This document shows, piece after piece, positions 12,801 to 19,024 of a DNA stretch of 27,685 nt. A program made the position numbers and the translations under genes. Position 1 is the stretch's first letter, and each line of letters begins with the position of its first letter. The notes below the pieces were generated by a model that was given only the letters and a program-made list of their open reading frames with translations, made no database searches and was not told the DNA's origin. The stretch is from a virus (taxonomy: Duplodnaviria > Caudoviricetes), in IMG/VR virus record IMGVR_UViG_3300017754_001066, positions 1-27,685 of that record; one strand, 5' to 3'.

Positions 12801-15800
12801 AGAGCTTCATATGATTCTGGTAATAAAGTAGGAGCAATGGCTAAACCATTATCTATCTTTGACAAAGAAGGTAAGATGAAAGATTTTGTTGCTCAAGATG
12901 AAAATGGTAAAGTATTAAAAGATGAGGATGGTAAGGTAGTTTATAATACTGATGAAGCTATTAAAGCATCACTTCCTTTAAATAGAAAAGATTTTAAGAT
13001 TCAGTTAGATGTACCTTATAAATCTTTAAAGAGAGATGAAGATACAATAAGTCTTGGTACTCAGCTTACTAAGATATTGTTTGGTAATGGCATGATGAAT
13101 GAACAAGGATTTATGTTTGAAGGAACATCAATGGTAGGTTCTAAACTTGAACAAGAATTTACTAAAGCATTTATAGAATTAGCTGATCTTAAAAAGACTC
13201 AACTGTTTGATGAATTAGGAATTGATCCTAAAACAGGTCAACCTAAAAACATTAAAGAAACATTTAATAAACTTCAAGAGCTTTTAAAGAATGAAGCTAT
13301 AAACAGAGGTTACAGTAAACAAGATATTGCTGCATTAGAATTAGAAATATCTAATGTTCAATCTGAACTTATGTCATTTGAAGATGTAAGATTCAAGATG
13401 CCATTATGGTTATCTTCTAACTCTAACAGATTTGAATCTTTGTTAAATGCTATTGTAAGTAACAGACTTATTAAAATTAAAATGTCTGGTAACTCTTACA
13501 TTGCTGGTTCTGAAGAAGGATTTAAATTCCAAACAGATTTAAAAGGTATAGATGAAAATAGAATAGTATGGACTTCTAAATGGAATGGACAATCTCTTCA
13601 AGGTTCTAAGTTTGTAGATGGTAAAACTAAAATACAATTTGCTCAAGTATTAGCTCCTTCTAAGTTTAGAAAGCCTGATGGAACTCTTATTGATTTATTA
13701 GAATTCAAAGATGGTAAACATACTTATGTAACTAAAACTGATTCAGGATTTAGACTTAAAGAAGATATGATTGATCCTGAATTATTAAGTCTTACTTCAT
13801 TTAGGATTCCAACTTCTGGTCATAACTCTGGATCTCAAATTGAAATTGTAGGTTTCTTACCACAAGAGAAAGGAGATTTAATGGTAGTGCCTAAAAACTT
13901 TACTACACAAAAAGGTCTTGACTTTGACGTAGATAAAGAAAATACTTATCAGTTATGGCATGAGATGGATGAAGATGGTAAGATTAAAGTTGTAAAAGAA
14001 GGAGATAGAGAAAAGATTCTTCAAAACAAAATCATAAATATACATAAGTCAATATATAGTAATCCTAGAAAATCAGTACAAAAGAAAATTAATACTGTAT
14101 TGTCAACTGATTATGCAGAAGATCAAGCAGCACAAATAGATGGTTGGTTATCTGAAAGTAAAGATGATCAATACTTTACAGCATTATCTTCTGAATATCA
14201 AAAAAATAAATTGATATCTGCAGCTAGTGGTAAAATAGGTACTGGTGCTTATTCTCTTGATGTAACTTCACAATCTTTATTTGAACAAGCTAAAGTTAAA
14301 GGAAATCAATTATCTGCAAGAGTTGGTACATTAAATGAAGAAGGTGAATTTGATTATGTTAACTATAGTGTTAGTTTTGGTAGAGAAGAACAAGAAGGTA
14401 AAGTTACAGGATTACTTGGTAATGAAAGAACATTAGAAGGTTCTAGAACTATTGCTGAAGTATTATCTGAACTACAAAACATTGCAGTAGATAATGAAAA
14501 GCTACAAGTAATGGGTAAAGTAAATCTTAACTCATTTACTCTTGATGCATCTAAAGCTATGGCAATGTTAGGTTTTGATAAGAGTAAAGTTACTGGTAAC
14601 TCAATTCAGTTTACATTCTTATCTCAACCTATTCTTTTAGAATATGTAAAAGAAATGGCTAATGCTAGTTCTGATCTTACTGAATTTTCATTAAATAAAG
14701 AGCAAAAAGTTATACAAAAACTATTAGCTAAATATGATGGTAATTACCTTCAAGATTTATCTTATGACAAAGATAAAAAGAATAGTATTTTTTTAAGTAT
14801 GGGAGCTATGGAAGCACAGCTTCAATCTAAAACTGTAGATAATAAATTACAACTTGCAGTTTTAAATAGATTCTTACAACTTAAAAAGATAGGTGAAAAC
14901 ATTAGAAATATTCAAACTACTATCAATTTAGATTCTAAAGGTCTAAGTAAATCTATATTTGAAAATAGTGAAAAGGTAAATAGTATTATTGCATTAGCTA
15001 AGAATCCTGTAATAACAAATGCAGATAAACTTATTGGTGATATTATAACTCCTGAACAAGTAGCACTATTATCTCCAAAAGAAAAGAGTGCTAAGATTAA
15101 AGAGGGTTATGTAGAGATTTGTAAAGCTTTAACTGAAGATGGTAACTTTACAGGAGCATTAATTAAACCTACAACTATAAGTGGTTCATTTGCAATCAAT
15201 GCATTATCTACTGCAGATAAATTATGGTCTAGTCATTTCCCATATGACTCTCCAGTATTTAAAGCTATTGTAGATGAGTTGACCCCATTATTAAATCTTG
15301 GTGAAGCTAGTGAATTTAAAAAAGCACAAAGAAGAAAAGAGATTACTAATGAAATTAAAAGATATCTAAATACTCATATTGCATCTAAAACTTTATTTAG
15401 AAATACAGATGCACAAGAAGAAAGATATAGATTATTTAGAAATGATGCTTCAGGAAAAGATTCTTTAGCTTCTTACTTAAAGAAAACTATAGGTGATAAT
15501 CCTGTATTATCTAAAAATAAATTACTACAAAGATTAGATTTTGAAGTTAATACTGATGGTAAACCATCATTTATTAAGTTTAATAGTTCAGCAAGTACAG
15601 TTTATGATGAAGACTTTTTGAACAATTCATTATTAGACTTAATGCAAAGAAATGTTACATTAGGTAATTTTAATGGTCAACCATACACAAGTAGAATGTT
15701 GGCTCAGGATTTAATATCTTATTCTTATCTTGAAGGTGGTGTACAAGAAGCTATTCAGTTTGTTAAGTTTGCTCCTTTATCTTATCTTGATGCTAAAGGG

Positions 15801-18800
15801 TTTACTCAAGGTATGAGAGATATTAACTTTACTTCAGGCTTTGATGTATTTGGAATGAACCCTGATAATACTGATCAACTTAGTACATTTGCTATTCAGT
15901 TTGCTCAAAATAATCCTAACTTAATGCCTAAGCTTGATAGCATAGTTGATAAGAAAAAAGCAATTGCATTAGCTAGGAATCCTTCATTTAAAGCATCAGC
16001 ATTAAATTATAATACACCTCAAATAGTATCAATTAAATCAGGTGATAACTTTTTACTATACAAAAAAGAAGGAGATACTTATAGACAAATACCTGTAGCA
16101 GGTACATTTGGAATGGCAGAATATAATAATAAACCAGGTGCAGTTAAGTCTTTAATTAGTCCTCCACTTCCTAAAGTTATTAAAACTGAAGAAGCTTTAA
16201 ATCCTGTTAGTGAAAATACTAAAGTAGCAAATGAAGAAAGATATGATTTAGGACAAAGCAATTTAAGATCTAGCTTAACTAAAATAAGTAATGATCCAAA
16301 TTTACCTGAATCATTAACTGCATTAGCTAGTGCATTATTAAATTCTATTGATGAAAACACTACATTTATTGTAGAAGATTTAACTGCAGATAGAGCTAAA
16401 GGTGTTTATAGAAGAGATGTTAATCAGATTGGTATAGATATCAAACAAGCACAAGGTGCTAGTGATGTTGAACTTGCTAGAACAATTCTTAAAGAAGCAG
16501 TACACTCTGTTACTGATAAAGAATTATTAAAACATGTAGATGCTAATGGTAATTTAAAAACTAATAATGCACCTAGTCATGTTTTAGCTCTTGTTAAATT
16601 ATTTAATCAAGTTAGAGGATTACCTGAATTCCAAAAAGCACTTCAGAATTATCAAGAGAAGACACAAAAGAAAATAGCTTTTACTAAAGAAGAAGCAAGA
16701 GATTTTACTAGTGTATATTATGGTGGATATAACATATTAGAATTTGTTGAAATGATTTTAACTCAGCCAGAATTTCAACAAGAAATGGCTAAGATTAAAA
16801 CTCCATCAGGTAATTCAATATTAGATTTGTTTAAAGATTTCTTTGCTAAGTTATTTAAAAACTTAGGAATGGAATTTGAATCAGATACTATTGCAGCTCA
16901 AGCTATTGAAAATGCTTTAATAGTTATTGATGAAAAAGGTAAAGTTAAAAAAGAAACTAAACCTGAAGTTAAACCTATTTCAAAAAATAAAGTATCTGAT
17001 AATATTAAATCTTTTGTAAATAGTTTAATACCTAATTGGATTAATAATAAAAATAATGAGCTTTCTTTAGCTTCTGAATTTAAATCTATACAATTATTAA
17101 GTGAAGGAGAATCTACAATAGAAGATAGAATTAATTTTGGAAAAGAAGCTGAGGAATTAATAAGAGAAGGAGTAAGAGGTAAAAATCCATTTAAAGGTGT
17201 AACTTTTGAAAGTCAAATACCTAATTTGTTATATGCAGTAATATCAGGTAAGTTAGCAGAAAGTAATATATCTGAAAAAGATATGTATGATAATATTTTT
17301 TCTACTCAACCTGAAGTTCAACCTACTACAACTACTCAAGCTACTACAGTATCTGCTCCTGTTAATAATGATTTACTTGCTGTATTTGAAAGAGTTAATA
17401 ACTTATCACCTGATGATGTTCAGTTAGTAGATGATATAGACTTTAATGAGTTTGAAAATTATCCTAACATATTAGATTATCTTAACAATGATTTAGGAGT
17501 TGAAGTACTTGAATACAATACTATTAAAGCAAACAAAGATGTAATTGAAAAATTATTATCTGAAATAGATGGTGATAAAAATATATATTCATTATTAGCT
17601 AAACTTAAATCACAAACTAATAAGGAAGATAAAGGATTAACATCTAATGTAACTCCTACATTAACTGTTCCTACAGGTAAAGAAGAAGATTTACTTAAAC
17701 AAACTGAATCAATACCTGGACTTAAAAGATATGAGTTATTACCTAATGTATTTGCCAATGAAGAACAAACAAAAGCATTAGATAATCTAGATACTTTTGT
17801 TAACTCTCCTAGAGATAAATCAGAAAAATATCAATCTACTTTTGTATTAAGTGGTGCATCAGGAACTGGTAAACAAATAATAGTTAATAAAATAATTCAA
17901 TCTAATCCTGGTAAGAAAATAGTAAATACACAAAGTATATATGATATATATGATTCTAAAGTTCTTAATGAAAATACTGACATTATCATTATAAATAATT
18001 GTTCTATGCTTTCTAAATCAGAACTTAGAGATATATATTCAAGAATGTCACCTAATACTAAAGTTGTATTTATAGGAGATAAAGCAATGCTTCCTCCTAT
18101 TGGAGAAGATAATGATTCAGTATCATTTAATTTAGCTACTAAACCTGAATACAATGTTGAGTTAACTCAAAGACTTCGTCAAGGTGAAACATCTCCTATA
18201 GTTGCATACTCTGATATTTTAAGAAATGAAACTAAAAAAGAAACACTAAAAAGAAGAGCAATTCAAAGAAGAGTTAGTAACTTTGACTATATAAATAATA
18301 AAGGAATATTGTTTGCTAATGAAAAACAAATGTCTGAAAATTTAAATTCAGATATTAAATCAGATCCTGAAAATACTAAAGTTATAACTCATAGTGATGA
18401 ACTTGCAAGTAAATCAAATGATAGAATAAGAGAAATCTTATGGGGTAAAGTAGGTGCTCAAAATGAATATAATATTGGTGAAGTAATTTTTAATGATATT
18501 TATGGTTTTTACACAGTAAAAAATGTTAGAAAAATAAATAATGCTGAAGAAATTAATGGACAATTATTACCAGGTTATGAATTAACATTAGAAACAGATG
18601 CAGAAACTATAACTGTAAAAGTATTAAGTAAAGAATCTAAAGCTATCTTAGAAAAATCTAAAATTAGTTCTCAAGAAACAATAGATTTTAAATATGGTTA
18701 TGCTATTACTGCACAACAAGCTCAAGGTTCTACATTTAATAATGTATATATAATGGAAGATAATATTATTAATTCACCAATAAGTGATAAACAAGTTAAT

Positions 18801-19010
18801 CAATCATTATATGTAGCAATGAATTCATCTAAAAATAAAGTAGTAATTTATTCTAAAGAAAATGAAGCAGGTGAAGGTAGAGTAACTAAAGAAGAATTTG
18901 AAGGAATGACAGATTCAGGTATAAGTTTACAACCATCAATAGAAGAATTAATTGAAGGTCAAATTGATGAACTTATGAGAAAAGGTATTATTAAATCTAA
19001 ATGTAATTAA
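3882..19010 (+). CDS. Giant virion-associated DNA-dependent RNA polymerase polyprotein (crAss-like two-barrel vRNAP) with accessory domains
   Basis: 5042-aa ORF. It carries the catalytic-loop motif GLDFDVDK (DFDVD at nt 13920-13934), preceded by FRIPTSGHNSGSQIEIVGFLP. Motifs KRLAAMIAPG, STDAQEY, QPIKPVY, IKTSSFPL and AVDNEK also resemble phi14:2 gp66-like RNAPs. Confidence 0.9.
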   Translation: MDQNTNPQDNSNIIATQNTEPVDQSLSIDEFVKQYEAGTLPSLNVNMPEHMMTGGPLSFSDQTSAYYNELRANLQKDIVKEDYDNAFEATYKIIGATLGNFAAALEDTIGAFDIGDWRVPEMLGVGTVLNEGFKFWDNYIWGDGEDETGNYFTRRAEHVREMNQKLMTVNTGTGWLDGLDYVLNLIPSFGSVAGYAATGFAGARVGAAAGLGKITNSVVNAWLSTEATGLGIAEGNYDKIYDEVAGRLDPDFRRRVDSAYNEAYQEAVASGANAFNAEWQAKEAVRAFKKIYDQENPKNSKIARESAAKGADASLQAEAPAFLLNILTAGYFTRGLYKPNTILSKPSRISAKTVFAEGGQEFVEEGLIERRAEDLGYNVGVKGEYTNTDLWNTIVNTQTLEAGLIGFVLGGGMGGFADLGTFKDRKEKYETQQERIEIENRIGNAIGKPDLINDLTNLQRNFFQIQEMGNTVGKLRKEGKIEEAEALNSRMLGVQAVEAFKAGTTKNLIENYQKIANDPTAKPEVTVRARQAVNEILEMEKMWNNTVGKYANDSDVFLNRINKIELGKAERELKTKIAEQRILADEAVQSALQKGETSLTADIVETTIDEYNQVVADSKVTGQKQLGYDLDNLSENNYTDENERKVYDNFRTHATNNIESVRQLVQLQERLKQVQENKNDNESTYNKITSKEYQKSVKAERRLYETFKAGEAELQTKEGTDEYMMIINQIMKKYEKTITPERFEKIKKQLELKNEVVKTARKVSQQNKIVETFSSDENEDFIPNLDTNNGVRPDGSEPKVKNSQMLNVVASKLATGRKNELTSEESDFLLTYGEQVDKRVRELQQDPDSIEVQPNVNDEIDEDSKNLLSQLENAVDDSDLMSNPTPQSLPSNKANELVETKTTNVTAEEQAALDQFKDGKITKALLHRAIGANYKSVVESLKNKGLITEEGNEYKRNTEPESGLSSEQQTVNNLLNSGEFTPTENGLVLQIKEPKDDDKKEALENAIKLLKEQIKNNQLPGYEVKVVKDPFNKTTVYQIYKPLTNSITDTENQVSKQPNLYDEGSVSDEKKEEIKDIVNAYVANMESFNDVFPTFEEFIRHIVKTAGRTKADKYFHVLHSGWKMNGYPEVKDPIVIWEKVFQDSTTLNARLTEVGDEVSVENRSPRTVSQETNKELESDESTSNKAPIHQDPETKERKYGSNSYTTEDTRPKMAFTVLESKRTYDETEEDGQAVVTTTFSNKGQTIREQGTINSLPLLNFLEVKAGTEFEVFIPEGNLLMEMIIPVREESGPLKDAIKVDDQGNKLTTTFGEWLNSKLATNPDFKNTQEYLDRLPMLYKNKDGVYVAAVHETLWYNKTVFRGDLNEARANNRAIRQAALNAKNSGKKFSVKVSEVRGGSVMKLESPKRLKDVNPQAKVGLLIKDKLGKHKFYVNNKLFTGNIINLDNVVGSTKATNNIPVDVRVWGIDAEGNPIYKAYLSTKMPLNQAQQNTVFNTLFAFLTINSNLSTEQKSQARNLQRNVFSITGLDITSFNDLSSFIKQFVQTSNYAISEKDKVTKLLADPTPENLSAVGKMYAKLINNIKGKSAPNLPYLMIEGNNIIFGNVGDAEAVVLTPNEMNTDTGKAKLAKLKDNLVNQELNIGIKYNGPTVHVDNNLGVEQMSENYAQYLKDNLYTFVNSVNVGTEQKPVYATNLQPIIHIEPAGVVSRKEGQVTVSNKEVTPKQEQKNTAVLESATQEDLKEAVIQAEEEGWKFQGETVEEKAKDLENVIAENNSESTELVDKYLDSKETSIEDVNEFNKLISQAESQVKWVNEYFNNDGSVNQSYQPAELTDSEVEAMDKDVMRIKGLMPNHQFDLAQFLTINIANAIKEDQKIDLDKLRAESKKQLVELLKGNKELLQETLAKLKATPNADGIAKIVNLINKYEYALSKIDLVLDNSNILFDQAVAFILKDSGAKLVEDKVETKDKDERVVNDQDDQDTTDSDEGFSYETDNTIGSENYSKTSLEENHKSSVSFNLRRFMRGFREVNPKTKAFEVGAMGVPLYVDFDSVFDVLQSILADAPVDFDTMIDILEQNKDKQPWIPQVIEKLKQSDNELKNQFVTTMGKHALNMEFLMYSFDKDGKVTMSVTNTNSGSISNKIKNQWLNNLVNSQLITEDKEVNRNIAEQLYEVYNGWTQRLDEVKTEFKNLILGPTIRNEIAKGDRSVLLQGGELTLSKKSHPNVVTDNVLNNLNKDKKITINNAEYRLTRNGDSIIVTPYKKSVVSSVIDGKFRFLSEEDQQLAIDSVQEWLANFGIEMSDNALKFIFENGIMHKGALVNTNEFFAESETSGGVIGLLGNWLNRVRSTDSDTPISILDDRNNPLNQSAILKTLAFHQGKYSSNVVTNAFRDGKKSIYGFTAFKYITDRANELKNNKQFRDNLRELSFNGNSLWLSFFNDFDQVDRINFQDIFNVSHLGLTAIKELGKKVYKDNSITAISDIDHEYLKIGLFEDSKQGKIGETYGSSKIGLRTARFLFPTMSDKSTMTVVKTLALELADKKHYEYNEKGELLPKRDILEILFDQLVLPEIKRINKVSNMKNGTDIKSYDKGAKMFLFLPKLNELKISVQGDEINLVDILTTPGTDFNKVLIEENKEKILAEVQNYVTALVNEKLNVWQKNGYVSKNANDEFTNNLLDEKYFNDINDSSVTDKKTNISDTEKVKLAAFDFEINQMLANVNAFMTIIGDPALYYKVSNEGSKSYTQKSKETFDNVGKRLAAMIAPGSKLADSENEQYTQIFLDDRNSISENIDFITEVLDNKTFDRQRYNEILSKEPNTNDPVKLEEFKRLQEAEMKVFLADYPNSKGYFKIQSTDAQEYTTWQEHMHILEKLGRLNDSTVDITPEEIREAKQMFANGLEIEKMSDKQKGILKKVLQPIKPVYTGQIFDKEQDVMRMVYIKTSSFPLIPQVTKGLQLENLRNLMEAVQTKQGNFVRASYDSGNKVGAMAKPLSIFDKEGKMKDFVAQDENGKVLKDEDGKVVYNTDEAIKASLPLNRKDFKIQLDVPYKSLKRDEDTISLGTQLTKILFGNGMMNEQGFMFEGTSMVGSKLEQEFTKAFIELADLKKTQLFDELGIDPKTGQPKNIKETFNKLQELLKNEAINRGYSKQDIAALELEISNVQSELMSFEDVRFKMPLWLSSNSNRFESLLNAIVSNRLIKIKMSGNSYIAGSEEGFKFQTDLKGIDENRIVWTSKWNGQSLQGSKFVDGKTKIQFAQVLAPSKFRKPDGTLIDLLEFKDGKHTYVTKTDSGFRLKEDMIDPELLSLTSFRIPTSGHNSGSQIEIVGFLPQEKGDLMVVPKNFTTQKGLDFDVDKENTYQLWHEMDEDGKIKVVKEGDREKILQNKIINIHKSIYSNPRKSVQKKINTVLSTDYAEDQAAQIDGWLSESKDDQYFTALSSEYQKNKLISAASGKIGTGAYSLDVTSQSLFEQAKVKGNQLSARVGTLNEEGEFDYVNYSVSFGREEQEGKVTGLLGNERTLEGSRTIAEVLSELQNIAVDNEKLQVMGKVNLNSFTLDASKAMAMLGFDKSKVTGNSIQFTFLSQPILLEYVKEMANASSDLTEFSLNKEQKVIQKLLAKYDGNYLQDLSYDKDKKNSIFLSMGAMEAQLQSKTVDNKLQLAVLNRFLQLKKIGENIRNIQTTINLDSKGLSKSIFENSEKVNSIIALAKNPVITNADKLIGDIITPEQVALLSPKEKSAKIKEGYVEICKALTEDGNFTGALIKPTTISGSFAINALSTADKLWSSHFPYDSPVFKAIVDELTPLLNLGEASEFKKAQRRKEITNEIKRYLNTHIASKTLFRNTDAQEERYRLFRNDASGKDSLASYLKKTIGDNPVLSKNKLLQRLDFEVNTDGKPSFIKFNSSASTVYDEDFLNNSLLDLMQRNVTLGNFNGQPYTSRMLAQDLISYSYLEGGVQEAIQFVKFAPLSYLDAKGFTQGMRDINFTSGFDVFGMNPDNTDQLSTFAIQFAQNNPNLMPKLDSIVDKKKAIALARNPSFKASALNYNTPQIVSIKSGDNFLLYKKEGDTYRQIPVAGTFGMAEYNNKPGAVKSLISPPLPKVIKTEEALNPVSENTKVANEERYDLGQSNLRSSLTKISNDPNLPESLTALASALLNSIDENTTFIVEDLTADRAKGVYRRDVNQIGIDIKQAQGASDVELARTILKEAVHSVTDKELLKHVDANGNLKTNNAPSHVLALVKLFNQVRGLPEFQKALQNYQEKTQKKIAFTKEEARDFTSVYYGGYNILEFVEMILTQPEFQQEMAKIKTPSGNSILDLFKDFFAKLFKNLGMEFESDTIAAQAIENALIVIDEKGKVKKETKPEVKPISKNKVSDNIKSFVNSLIPNWINNKNNELSLASEFKSIQLLSEGESTIEDRINFGKEAEELIREGVRGKNPFKGVTFESQIPNLLYAVISGKLAESNISEKDMYDNIFSTQPEVQPTTTTQATTVSAPVNNDLLAVFERVNNLSPDDVQLVDDIDFNEFENYPNILDYLNNDLGVEVLEYNTIKANKDVIEKLLSEIDGDKNIYSLLAKLKSQTNKEDKGLTSNVTPTLTVPTGKEEDLLKQTESIPGLKRYELLPNVFANEEQTKALDNLDTFVNSPRDKSEKYQSTFVLSGASGTGKQIIVNKIIQSNPGKKIVNTQSIYDIYDSKVLNENTDIIIINNCSMLSKSELRDIYSRMSPNTKVVFIGDKAMLPPIGEDNDSVSFNLATKPEYNVELTQRLRQGETSPIVAYSDILRNETKKETLKRRAIQRRVSNFDYINNKGILFANEKQMSENLNSDIKSDPENTKVITHSDELASKSNDRIREILWGKVGAQNEYNIGEVIFNDIYGFYTVKNVRKINNAEEINGQLLPGYELTLETDAETITVKVLSKESKAILEKSKISSQETIDFKYGYAITAQQAQGSTFNNVYIMEDNIINSPISDKQVNQSLYVAMNSSKNKVVIYSKENEAGEGRVTKEEFEGMTDSGISLQPSIEELIEGQIDELMRKGIIKSKCN
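13800..13940 (+). other. RNAP active-site region (RIPT ... DFDVD Mg-binding motif)
   Basis: DxDxD in the DFD(I/V)D form used by crAss-like virion RNAPs (cellular RNAPs have NADFDGD). Confidence 0.9.
16260..16935 (+). other. Zincin-like domain in the polyprotein, probably inactive
   Basis: The layout AKGVY...IGID...RTILKEAVHSVT...YNILEFVEMILTQPEF matches zincin-like domains, but HExxH reads KEAVH (nt 16491-16505). Boundaries are approximate. Confidence 0.65.
17730..18860 (+). other. SF1B (Dda/RecD-like) helicase domain in the polyprotein, with degenerate motifs
   Basis: Motifs appear in the correct order: NEEQ, VLSGASGTGKQ, IIIINNCSML, FIGDKAMLPPIG, LTQRLRQ, YAITAQQAQGSTF, LYVAMNSSK. Boundaries are approximate. 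Confidence 0.85.
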
Positions 19011-19024
19011 ATCTAAATAAAACT

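Noticed and set aside
13818-13832. GHNSG resembling an intein C-terminal His-Asn/Ser junction next to the RNAP active site
   Set aside because: It lies within the RIPTxxxxS RNAP motif. No upstream intein N-terminal block or LAGLIDADG motifs were seen, and the RNAP motifs are contiguous.
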